Part shown: positions 1-10,627 of the stretch, in pieces
Numbering within the stretch: position 1 is the first letter of the stretch
How the letters are laid out: every line of letters begins with the position of its first letter
Virus record (IMG/VR): IMGVR_UViG_3300050336_000035
Coordinates: 64,001-128,000 of that record
DNA length: 64,000 nucleotides
Source: a virus
Lineage: Duplodnaviria; Caudoviricetes
Direction: 5' to 3' (one strand)
Notes under the pieces: generated by a model
What the model was told of the DNA's origin: nothing
The model's input: only the letters and a program-made list of their open reading frames with translations
Databases searched by the model: none
Program-made: the position numbers and the translations under genes

Positions 1-160
1 AGAGGATTTTAAAAATAATGAGTATTATCATTTTAAGATTTCTGGTGCTAAAAGTAAAAAATATATGGGTTTTCAATATCAATCAATAGATGAATTAAGA
101 TTATACCCATCTTTTGAAGATACGGTAAAAGCTATAAAAGAATTTTGGCATAAGAATTTC

Positions 161-187
161 AAAGGCTAAATTAGCCTTTTCTTTTTA
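161..187. terminator. Bidirectional intrinsic terminator between convergent genes
   Basis: AAAGGCTAA-A-TTAGCCTTT hairpin followed by a T-run, between the end of a + strand gene and the end of the - strand ORF 206..451. Confidence 0.65.
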
Positions 188-205
188 TTATAAGCAATAA
201 ATATT

Positions 206-451
206 TTATGTGTTTCCAGCTATCCAATCTTCAACCGCCATAATAGTTTTATTTAAACCATTATAGTAAAGTTTATAATCTATCGAAGAATAATATGTTC
301 CATTAGGAAATGTTATATAAAAATAATAATATTTATTTTCAGCAGTTGATAAAGTAGGTAATAGTATTATTTTCACGAAATATCTTTTTTCGGGGTCATG
401 ATAAGTCCATGTTTCAAGATATTTTCTGCGTTTTAATTGAATAAATTTCAT
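206..451 (-). CDS. Hypothetical protein (reverse orientation)
   Basis: 81-aa ORF with SD (TCCCTCC on + at 463-469) at normal spacing. Confidence 0.7.
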   Translation of the reverse strand: MKFIQLKRRKYLETWTYHDPEKRYFVKIILLPTLSTAENKYYYFYITFPNGTYYSSIDYKLYYNGLNKTIMAVEDWIAGNT

Positions 452-578
452 TGGTATAAAAATCCCTCCTTTTGTTAAAAAAATTATTATATATATTATT
501 CGTAGAAAGCTAAATTTTATGGGTATATAATTCTTTGTATTATTAATTAATTGTTATTAAAATAATTTTTTATTTATA

Positions 579-607
579 TTGACATATTGTTATAATGGTG
601 ATAAGAT
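579..607 (+). promoter_or_regulatory. SigA-type promoter preceded by a TATTAAAATAAT box
   Basis: TTGACA(579)-17bp-TAAGAT with TGn extension; box at 555-566. Confidence 0.6.
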
Positions 608-682
608 ATATATGTAAGATAAAGGTAAATAAAAAAAGTGAATAGAGTTAACCTTTGGTAATGTTTTTGAAAGGAATTTAAA

Positions 683-892
683 ATGAGAGATGAATTATAT
701 GCTTTTAGATGTAAAGAATGCGATTTCATCTATCTTGAACCGTATAATATTTCAGATAGATTTAGTAAATATCCTAGTTGTCCAGATTGCGGTTGTAAAG
801 ATGTAGAAATATATGAAGGCGAGTTGTCAGAAGATTTACAAGAATTTGCTAGTCAATATGCTGATGAATTAGAAAATGAAGAAGATGAGTAG
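683..892 (+). CDS. Small Zn-ribbon protein with acidic tail
   Basis: CKEC...CPDC motifs; SD AAAGGA. Confidence 0.7.
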   Translation: MRDELYAFRCKECDFIYLEPYNISDRFSKYPSCPDCGCKDVEIYEGELSEDLQEFASQYADELENEEDE

Positions 893-919
893 TTTGAATT
901 AAAATTGTGTTTCATTAAG

Positions 920-1068
920 AAAGGGAAATTAATCAATGCAGATTTAAATGGAGCGTATCAGATAATAAAGAAAGTAATACCAAATGCTTTTGCTGATGGT
1001 ATAGAGGGTGCAGGTTTACATCCGATTAGAGTTAATTTAATCTAATAAATCACTTTGTAAAAAAGTGA
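920..1068 (+). pseudogene. tnpB: 3' remnant of a canonical IS200/IS605-type tnpB plus terminal hairpin (omega-RNA region)
   Basis: 920-1045 translates KGKLINADLNGAYQIIKKVIPNAFADGIEGAGLHPIRVNLI*, a typical TnpB RuvC-III C-terminus, with no start codon. It is followed by a TCACTTT...AAAGTGA hairpin and bounded by junction sites at 898 and 1069. Confidence 0.8.
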
Positions 1069-2219
1069 ATGAATCAGCGATTTGATGATATATAAGAAAG
1101 GAGAAGCTTATGGAAAACAGCAATAACATTGAATTATCTTTAGAAGACATATTTTGGATTGGCAAAGGTTTAGCTAATACTATAAAGGTATTAGAATTAG
1201 AAAATGAATATACTAACCTTATAAAAGAAATTCAAAATATTCAAAATAAATTATGTTCTTTTATTTACAGAGAAGATGCTAAGATTAATGATAGAGTAAT
1301 TATGCAATTGATAAAATAGACAATTTAAGTGATTTAAGGAGGTAATGTTATGTATATTGATAATAGAGGTATTCATTTTGAAGAAAATGATGAAAAAGAA
1401 AAGATCAATTATGGAGTTGGTTATAGTGATGGTTATAAAGCAGCATTAAAAGTTATGCAAATACATTTAGAAGATTTGTCCAACAGAATGATATTAAAAG
1501 AAGATTGATGATAGAATGTAGATTTTGTAATATAAGGAGTAAAAATGAATATTAATTATTTAAAAAGAATACGAGAAAAATATCAACAATTACAAGATAA
1601 ATTCTTTGACGAAGATGATTTTGATTGTGCTGGATTTATGGTTGGAGAACTTGAAAAAATTGATAAACTAATCAATGAAAAAGAGGAGTTTAATATTAAA
1701 TCTTTTCTATATAAAATTTACACAAACAATAATAAAGAAGTTATGTGGATTGAGTCTACTGCACCAAAAGACAAATTTAAATCATTGTTACAAGCTTATT
1801 TTATGACCACAAAAATTAATGGAAAAATTGGAATTGGATTTGGAGAAGTAATAGAAAGTAGTGGATATAAATCTGAGTTATTATTTGAAGGGATAGATAA
1901 TATTCCTAATGATTATCAAGTTATATATTTAAGTGATATTAATATTTTTGATATTTAATAGAGGGAGTACACATATGAAATATATAGAAGTTAGTCAAAA
2001 TAAGTATAGGAATTTTATACTTAATAGTGATTTAAATATATATGGCGTTTCTAATGGAATTGTTGAAGTTACATATATAAAACCCAATGATTGTTTAGCT
2101 TTTAGATTTCAAAAGGGAAATCAAAAGTGTTATATTAGAGAAGATTATATTTATCTTTGTGAATAAATATATCTTTTATAGCAAGCATTGTTTTTAGGAT
2201 ATTAATATAATTTATTATA

Positions 2220-2248
2220 TTGACAATTACATATATTGGGAGTATAAT
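2220..2248 (+). promoter_or_regulatory. SigA-type promoter with upstream TATTAATATAAT box
   Basis: TTGACA-17bp-TATAAT; box at 2200-2211. Confidence 0.75.
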
Positions 2249-4941
2249 AAAATTGCATCAAAGGAATAAGCTTTTTAAATATATAAAAAAGTGAGGACTA
2301 AATATGGATAATATAATACAGTTTAAAGATTTTGAAAGACCTGTAAAACGAAATGAAGATGAATGTAGAGAGTACTGGCAAGAACAATACGAAAGAAGAA
2401 AAGAAAGTCGATTACATATACATGCGGAAGAAATAGAGAGTAAAGTAATAAATAATGAAAATGTTGTTAATATAGTAGGAAAACTATTAAAAGTAACATT
2501 TAAAAATATTGAACAGGTTGAGCAATTTGAAAAACAAGAATGTGAAAATCAACCATGTGAAAATTCTTGGATGTCATGTAAGGAGAAATTCAATAAATTT
2601 CCTTGTGTTATTTATTGTAGATTTACAAAAAGAGGTATTCTTGAAGGATATGTGGCTCAATATATAACTAAAGATGAATATATTGCTGAGTTAAAAAATC
2701 AATTATTACAAGCTGTATAGTACTTAATATCTTTGAGTGGTTGAAGCAGTAGACAATGCATAACATTCGGATATTAATATAATATGACTAAATATTAGTT
2801 TTATAATGAAAGGAAGTGATTTTATTGTTAGAAACTATATTTTGTATATCAATTCTTTGGTTTACTCCTAGTTTAATTTTATGGTTGGTTGTTTTTGATT
2901 GGTTTTGGAAACAGGAAGTATTAACTATTGGGCATATTATATTTGCTATATTTACATATCCAATGACAATATTGGCAGTAATAGTCTATTTATTATTCCT
3001 ATTAATAATTGGGTTTATTAAATTATGTAACATAAAAATTAGAATAAGATAAATGATTCATTTGGTCACGAAATAATTTAGAAAGGAGTTTTAAATATGT
3101 GTAAAAAAGTAATGTCAGCTATAATCATTATACTAATAGTTTTAGCTTTAATTGTGATTGGAAGTGTGTTATTACCAACCAATTTAAAAATGTTAAATAC
3201 CTTATTAGGATTTATATATGGATTTCTTGCAATGAAAATTTATTTGAGTATTAATAACATATAAAAAAAATACATAAAACATCCATTTTATAAAATAAAA
3301 AAATATAAAGGAGAATAATACATATGAGTGAATTTCTTACTAAAAGTGAAAACGATGAATTAATAAAGAGAATTGAAGAAGGAGATATTTTACTAGCTAA
3401 AATTACTGATGCTTATAATGAAGCTGCTAAAGATTATAATAAAGCATCTTCCGAAAGAGAATCAATGAAGGTTGTTATTAGACATTTATTAGGATGGGCT
3501 GAAGAAGAAGGTCTAAATATTCCATATGAAAAATGGGATGAGGTTATTGACAAAGCACACGATAACGATGGTTTCTTTACAGCAATGTTAGAATGGTTCG
3601 TAGACCATATGAATGATTTTGGTGAAAACTATGGTGTTGAATTTGAAGATTAAACATGATGAATAATCAATTTTATGATGTTATAAGAAAGGAGTTTATA
3701 TGATTTATATAATTTTAGGTTATATAGTATCAATTGTTTTATCATTTTTGATTTTACGTTATGCTTTTATTAATATGGAAAAATACGCTAAAGAATCAGC
3801 ACCTATACCAATAATAATTTTTATGATGTTAATTCCAATAATAAATATATTTTTTGGATTAGCAATTGTGAATGCCTTTGTAGAAAAAGATTGTTCTGAT
3901 ATTATTAATAAAATATTTAGGATAAAAAGTTGATTTCATAATAATATAATATTAAATAAGGAGATTTTAGAAGATGAAGTTTGAAGATGTTAAAATAGGA
4001 ATGAAAGTAGTTCCTTTTAAGAAAACACAAGGACAGGTAAAATTAGAAGAATCTATGGAACAAGCAAATAAAATTAAGCAGAAATATCTCTTTATGTATC
4101 ATGTATAGATAATAATGAAAGAAAAATCGGATTATGGCATGAAAAATATTGTTCTTGTAGAGATTGGTTCGATGCATCAGATTTTAACTTATACATAGAA
4201 AACGAAAAGAATGTAAATGTAGAACAATACATATTTGAATCTATGCCATTTATAATCAATTTTAAAGTTACTGATAAAAATAATAAAATTACATATCAAA
4301 CAGTTAATACGGAGCACTTAAAATATAAACTTATCATTAATGGCACAACTACAGTAGTAATTCTTAAAGATGGTTCTAAAGGTGTTTCTAAGTGTTTACC
4401 TACAGACATATATGATAGGGATAAGGGTATAGATATTGCATATAAAAAGGCATTAATTAAATCATATCAAAAGGAATTAAATGATTTAATGAAATAACTG
4501 TTTTAAGTGGTTTTAGATTGGAGGTGTTATTATTTATTATTTTGCAAGTGAACAAAATTTTAATGGAAAAACTTTATACCCTAGAATTCCAGAGCATAGA
4601 ATGCAAAAAGAAGATTTTTCAACAAAGAGAATATGTGTTTCTAAATCAATTAATGGGTGTTTAACGGCAATAGAACCATGTGAAGGAGATTTGTTATATA
4701 TACACTGGTGTGAGTCTAACAATGTTACACAACCATCAATAAACCAAGTTGCTGATGCTCCTTTTACTGGAGAAGAATGGATTTTAGAGCCTGTGGTCAT
4801 GAATGCTTTTATGACAATTAGAATAATAAAGCGTTATTCTAATATGATTAATAATTTATCCAACAATTTATATACATATGAATTAATAGAAGGATAACAT
4901 AATGAAACACTTCATTTATTCAGAATGAAAAGGAAAAACAT

Positions 4942-5469
4942 ATGATTGAAGCAATTTTAGTAGCTTTTATAATAGCTATTGTTAATAATATAAATGTCAT
5001 ACCAGTTTTAACTAAAATATTTATGATACCTATATACATGGCATCAGTTTTATATATTGTAATTATTGTCTTAGAACAACTTAATATTTCTAAACATAGT
5101 AAGTACTTTACCTTCAGTATATTAGGCTTAATAGTCATTCCAACTATGTATTGTATATTTGTTTATCACCTATATTTTTACATCTTAATAGGGTTTATAT
5201 GCTCTGTAGTAGGTATGCTACTTAATCAGATAGTTGTTAGAGCTAATGGTAATAAAATGCCTATGTTTTTAAGTTTATCAAAGTTAACAGGAAGTATTGA
5301 TTTAGAAGAACTTAAAGTTAGTCAAACACATCAACTTGGAGATAAGAATACAAAATTGAAATTTTTAACAGATATAATTGATTTGGGATATAACGTTTTT
5401 AGTATTGGTGATGTAATGATATTTAGTATTTTTGGCATTGTTATGTATGGAATCTTAATTAATATATAA
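4942..5469 (+). CDS. Membrane protein, DUF5317-like
   Basis: Several TM segments; motifs NG.KMP and L.FL.DII...FSIGD. Confidence 0.55.
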   Translation: MIEAILVAFIIAIVNNINVIPVLTKIFMIPIYMASVLYIVIIVLEQLNISKHSKYFTFSILGLIVIPTMYCIFVYHLYFYILIGFICSVVGMLLNQIVVRANGNKMPMFLSLSKLTGSIDLEELKVSQTHQLGDKNTKLKFLTDIIDLGYNVFSIGDVMIFSIFGIVMYGILINI

Positions 5470-6849
5470 TAGGAGGAGTTTTATGATTAAACTAAAAACA
5501 AAATGGTATAATATCATAGGAATTAGTATAGGATTGGCTTATTTTGTGTTAATGTTATTGTTGGGAGGTATGATTCATGGATAGAGTTATAGAACGTTTA
5601 TTAATTGAAAATGGACTGAAAGAAATTAATAAAAAGTTTGGTAAAATAAATTGGGAATACATAGCTCCAGATATTGATTTAATTTATGAAGGAAATAATT
5701 TCATATTTAAGTGTCCTAAAGGTATTATTAATTTCGGTTTTGAAGAAATATGGACATGGTTATATGATGAAGATTATGCAGGATGTATTCATGATTGTGA
5801 TATGTGTTTGACACCAATATGTTAAAAGAAAGGAGAATAATTATGTTTAAAATTTTTAATAAAAAAGAAAAACATCAATACTTAGAAGAAATATATAATA
5901 AATATAATTTAGTAATTAAATTAAAAGGTGCTTCATATGAAAGAACGTTTTCTACAGAAACTTCTGCAATACCAGATTCATATAGACAATTATTAGGTTG
6001 GTATCACAGCCGTATATCGGATACATATAGTTTTAGATATAAAGATGGAATATTAAGTTTTAATAGAAGTAATATTGAATATATTAATGTTTTTAAATCA
6101 CAACATACAAGAAAAATATAATAGAAAGATTATTTTATTAGAAATGAGGGTGTTTATGGGAATAAGACTTAATATATATGAGAAATCTCCATACGAGGGA
6201 TTAGGCACAGAGTTATTAAATGGAGGTTCCTTTGGTTGGGGTATTACTTCAGAATTAAATGATTGTGAAATTGTAAATAAATACAAAGATGACTGTAAAA
6301 ATAGAAATAGTTATAGTGGCTGTTTTATGTGTGAATGTTCAGATAGTGATTATACAAAAGTAACATATGAAAAATTATTAACAATAAATAAGGAAATATT
6401 ATATAGAAATACAAATATTATTAATGCATTTTGTTTAAATAGGGATAATTGTATTTTAGAAAAAGAATGTGGATTAGATTGTATATCGAATAATCATAGA
6501 AATTGTATATGGGTAAATTTTAGTTAGAATGAAAGACATATTTCATGAAGAAAGGAAATAATTAAAATGATAGAGAGAATATTTTGTGAAGATAATTCAT
6601 CTAAAAACTATGAACAATTATCTGAAGAAAGAAAGTTAAAATATCAGGAGTTTTATAAGGATACTGCATGTTGTCCTGAGAAATATGTTATATCTGTAGA
6701 TGTGGCTTCACCAAACATCAAAGACCAAAGTTGTGTAGTTAGATATAATTATGAAGAGTATTTAAAAGGTAATTTAGTTATTGATAGTGTTAAGTATTTT
6801 TAACCACTTCACGATTTGATATTGTTTTATTTAAAATTATATTGCTCAT

Positions 6850-7275
6850 ATGAGCAGAAAGATGAGGAAATTTTATATGAAAAAGAAGTTAATAATAATT
6901 ATATCTGCATTAAGTATTATGTTGTTTTTATTAACAGGATGTGACACAGAAGCAAGTAGAGTTTCTTATAATTTATCACAAGAAGCAGATAATTTTAATG
7001 TAATTAGACAATTAACAGTTATAAATTGTATACAGGGTGATGTGTTATTCCAAATGACGGGTAGAATTTCCATAACTGCGGATACTGCTGATAATCAATT
7101 GGAAGTAATTGTTGAAGATTCAGACGGTTCTTATCAAAAGCATTTTATTGGATTAAGTGATAACGTTACATATGTTGTTGAACAGAAAAACTTTAAGAAT
7201 GTTGATAAATATAAATATACTTTGAATTATAATCCTAAGATGTGGATTCCTGTAGATGTAAAAAATATAGATTAA
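6850..7275 (+). CDS. Phage lipoprotein (likely start 6877)
   Basis: MKKK + hydrophobic signal + lipobox LTGC. Confidence 0.7.
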   Translation: MSRKMRKFYMKKKLIIIISALSIMLFLLTGCDTEASRVSYNLSQEADNFNVIRQLTVINCIQGDVLFQMTGRISITADTADNQLEVIVEDSDGSYQKHFIGLSDNVTYVVEQKNFKNVDKYKYTLNYNPKMWIPVDVKNID

Positions 7276-7335
7276 AAAGTAAATAAAATGTATTTTCTAT
7301 TGTTAATAATTTATTGGATATTAAAATAATATCTA

Positions 7336-7364
7336 TTGACAATACTAAAATAATATGTTAATAT
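7336..7364 (+). promoter_or_regulatory. Promoter of the tRNA/ncRNA cluster
   Basis: TTGACA-17bp-TAATAT with TGn extension; box TATTAAAATAAT at 7319-7330. Confidence 0.7.
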
Positions 7365-7370
7365 ATAAAT

Positions 7371-7461
7371 ATGGAGCGAGGACTACAGAAAAACTCGATT
7401 CGGTGTACATAGCAATTCAAGTGTCCGAGAGAATGTATAAATACCGAATGATATGCTCCAT
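7371..7461 (+). ncRNA. Structured RNA of unknown class at the start of the tRNA cluster
   Basis: Closing stem ATGGAGC/GCTCCAT, hairpin CGAG/CTCG, long stem ATTCGGTGT/ATACCGAAT; begins at the predicted +1. Confidence 0.45.
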
Positions 7462-7467
7462 TTATAA

Positions 7468-7541
7468 GGGGAAGTAGTTTAATTGGGAGATGCGTGGCTA
7501 AAAGCTAGGTGGTATTGGTTCAAGTCCAGTCTTCCCCACCA
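7468..7541 (+). tRNA. Atypical tRNA or pseudo-tRNA, apparent anticodon AAA (Phe)
   Basis: Acceptor GGGGAAG/CTTCCCC + ACCA, T-arm ATTGG-TTCAAGT-CCAGT; anticodon stem has a mismatch and loop is CTAAAAG. Confidence 0.6.
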
Positions 7542-7543
7542 AA

Positions 7544-7620
7544 TGATTGAGAGGATAGGAGATGAGGGTTCGAATCCCTTCTGATGTAGTTCAAAGGTAA
7601 AATACTTATCTAATCAATCA
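7544..7620 (+). ncRNA. Circularly permuted tRNA-like RNA (YrlA Y-RNA-like topology)
   Basis: T-arm GAGGG-TTCGAAT-CCCTT (7564-7580) precedes a D-arm TAGTTCAAAGGTAAAAT (7587-7603); closed by GATAGG/CTTATC and TGATTGA/TCAATCA stems. Confidence 0.65.
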
Positions 7621-7626
7621 AATTAT

Positions 7627-7701
7627 AGGAAAGTAACACAATGGATAGTGTGTACGGCTTTGAACCGTAATATGAAGTTTCGATTACTTCCTTTCCTGCC
7701 A
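7627..7701 (+). tRNA. tRNA-Gln(UUG)
   Basis: Complete cloverleaf: AGGAAAG/CTTTCCT, D-stem ACAC/GTGT, TACGG-CTTTGAA-CCGTA, GAAGT-TTCGATT-ACTTC, GCCA end. Confidence 0.92.
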
Positions 7702-7710
7702 AATATTTAT

Positions 7711-7947
7711 ACTTTAGTGGTGGAATAGACATAATAAATAGGAATGTTTGTATATGGTAAAATCTATAGTTCCGCAATCGGAGCTTGGATAATAGTAGAC
7801 ATTATCGTGTGAATTAGTATGTCAGGACTTAAAATCCAATGGCATACTATAGTAATAGGAGCATCATGGAGAGAACCATGTTTTAACAAAAACTCGTTAG
7901 GTTGAGAGCTTGGCAACCATGTAAGGTGCAAATCCTTACCTAAAGTA
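7711..7947 (+). ncRNA. Expanded tRNA-Leu(UAA)-like RNA (~237 nt)
   Basis: Acceptor ACTTTAG/CTAAAGT, Leu-like start TGGTGGAATAG, anticodon arm GGA-CTTAAAA-TCC (7825-7837), T-arm GTAAGG-TGCAAAT-CCTTAC, separated by long inserts. Confidence 0.55.
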
Positions 7948-9091
7948 TAAATATAATTTAATAATATTTTTGTGTTATAAGGGATGTGATTTTAACAATG
8001 ATGTTTCCTAGAGAATTTGATTATGCTAATAGAAAGCGTAAACTATTATCTGAACGAGAAAGACGAAATATTGAAAGACGGAATAAATTGCAAGCTTTAA
8101 TAAATGATTCTGCCTCAACCGATTGTGAAAAAGCTGAAGCCAAACGAGCTTTAGAAAGAATAAGTGAATAATATGCGACTTTTATTAAAATTTAGAAAGG
8201 ATTAATAAATGGATAACTTACATATATTTTCAGTTGATAATATGGAACAATATCTTCCGCATGTTGAGTATCATGGATATGGTGGATATATACAATCTTT
8301 TTGTGATTCATTTAGCAATTGGTTGTTTCCAAAAGCCAAAAGTATATATTTTGATGGTGAAGAAAAACAGTTATGGCTTAATATGATTAATAATGCACGC
8401 AAATTACAATTGTTAGATAATCAAAAAACTTTGACAATTAAAAAGATGAATTGGTATACTAATAAACTTGTGGATTTGCTAAAAACTGATGAATGCAATT
8501 TTGATTGTTATGTTTACTTTTTAGATATTATAGTTTCACAATATAAGGATTCTAAGTATAAGAATATTGAAGTTACATTAAAATGTGAAGATAAAAACGG
8601 TGAAGACATACATATTAAAAAGTCTTTTGAAGATTTTAATTTTTTAAATTATATATCTGAAGCTAACTATCTGAAAAGGGATTATTCAAATAAAATACTG
8701 GCATACTCAGCAAATCTAGCCGAATTATATGGTAAATACTTTGATGAAGATGGTTTAACATATGATAAAAAAGGAAGACTTTTCGTTTACTTAAGTCCAA
8801 CCTTACATGGTACAAAAGCTATTCAACATGGATGGATTGAATGGTAACGTGAAATTGATAAAATGAACTTTCTATCATATTTTAAAAGGAGAAAAGAATG
8901 CTTACATATAAATGTATAATTAACAATAAAGAAGAAAAAAATATTACAAGTTTTTCTGAGCCTGAAATTGGTCAAGTAATTTTATCTCCTTCAGGTGAAC
9001 AATACGAAATTCTAAAGATAGAATTAAAAAATAATTTATATTATATTGCAACAAAATAATGCATTCATTATAAAAATAATAGGAGGTTTTA

Positions 9092-9739
9092 ATGATATAC
9101 GTTATGTCAGATATACATGGAGAATATGAAAAGTTTCTTGCCATGTTAGAACAAATAAAATTCAACAACAATGATACTTTATACATATTAGGTGATGTTG
9201 TTGATAGAGGTAGTGAATCTATCAAGTGTTTGCAATATATTATGCATAAACCAAATATAAAAATGATTTTAGGTAATCATGAAGAAATGATGTTACGTTC
9301 ATTGATTAATGGAGATAGAGGTTATTACAATTGTTGGATGGGTAATGGTGGATATAATACTTTAAGAAAATTTGATGATTTATCTATTGATTTTCAACAT
9401 AAAATTTTAGATTATCTCCAACAACTACCACTTACAATTACTATCTCTGATTTCGAAGAAGATTACATATTAGTTCATGCAGGAGTTAATTTTGACGAAG
9501 ATACTCAAGATAGAGAAACTGTGTTATGGGCTAGAGATGAATTTATTTACGGGAATGATAGATTTGACGGTGTCACAGTAATATTTGGTCATACCCCTAC
9601 TAAATATATGCAAAATATAAAACCTTATAAAATATGGAATACGGGCAATGGTAAAATAGGAATTGACTGTGGAGCTTGTTTTGAGGGTGGACAGTTAGGT
9701 TGTTTAAGACTAGATGATATGAAAGAGTTTTATGTATAA
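9092..9739 (+). CDS. Calcineurin-like metallophosphoesterase (Ser/Thr protein phosphatase family)
   Basis: DIHG, GDVVDRG, GNHE, HAG and GHTP motifs. Confidence 0.9.
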   Translation: MIYVMSDIHGEYEKFLAMLEQIKFNNNDTLYILGDVVDRGSESIKCLQYIMHKPNIKMILGNHEEMMLRSLINGDRGYYNCWMGNGGYNTLRKFDDLSIDFQHKILDYLQQLPLTITISDFEEDYILVHAGVNFDEDTQDRETVLWARDEFIYGNDRFDGVTVIFGHTPTKYMQNIKPYKIWNTGNGKIGIDCGACFEGGQLGCLRLDDMKEFYV

Positions 9740-9853
9740 AACATGACCAAATACGAATATTATCTCAATTGATAAAACATGGCAATATACTAAAGATATT
9801 AAAGTACAAAAGTATTATTAATATTAAAATAATCAGGAAAGGAGTATATTGCT

Positions 9854-9967
9854 ATGTTAGGAAAATTAGAAGATAAGCTAGTTGAAAAGTGTAGAGAATC
9901 CGAATCATTTGCATGGGGATTAACTGCATTTGGTATGGTTCTGATGGTTGTAATAGCAAGTTTATAA
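9854..9967 (+). CDS. 37-aa hydrophobic peptide (not in ORF track)
   Basis: SD AAAGGAG; MLGKLEDKLVEKCRESESFAWGLTAFGMVLMVVIASL. Confidence 0.55.
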   Translation: MLGKLEDKLVEKCRESESFAWGLTAFGMVLMVVIASL

Positions 9968-10627
9968 GATTACATAATTACAGGGTGGTAGGGTGGGGAG
10001 ATAAAACATATGAATGAAAAATTTTGGGAATTTATAAATAATCATTGGGTATTTTCACAAAGAGAAAAAGATATTAACTCTATGACGGGATTATTATATG
10101 AAATGAATAGAAGACATAATTATACAATAAAAGTAGATTATGAAGGAGCTTATTTAGATTTATTGTGCTTGTTTGAAGATTATGTAGAATTTGTGAATGG
10201 AAAACAGGAGGAAAATTAAATGAAGGAATGGTGTATGGCTCATCCATGGATGACATTCTTTATAATAATTGCATTTTTAATAACAATGGAAAATGTATTT
10301 GTAGTTATAAATAATAAGATAAAATTAAGAGCTATAGAAATTGAGAATAAAAAATAGGTTTGATATAGATTGGAGATTGAAGTAGATGAAACATACAGGA
10401 TTATATTGTTTAATATGTGAACCGCTTGTTGAGTTAATAGAACAACCTACTGGTATAGTAGATATATATGACCAATGGTTTTACCAAGATTATACCTGTC
10501 CTAATTGTGGAGCATATCATAGATGTTCTTCACAATCTGGTGATATGATTCAAGAAAACTTAGATATAATTGGGTAGTTAATGAATATTAGATTTTATCC
10601 TATTAATATAATAGAAAGGTATTAAAA

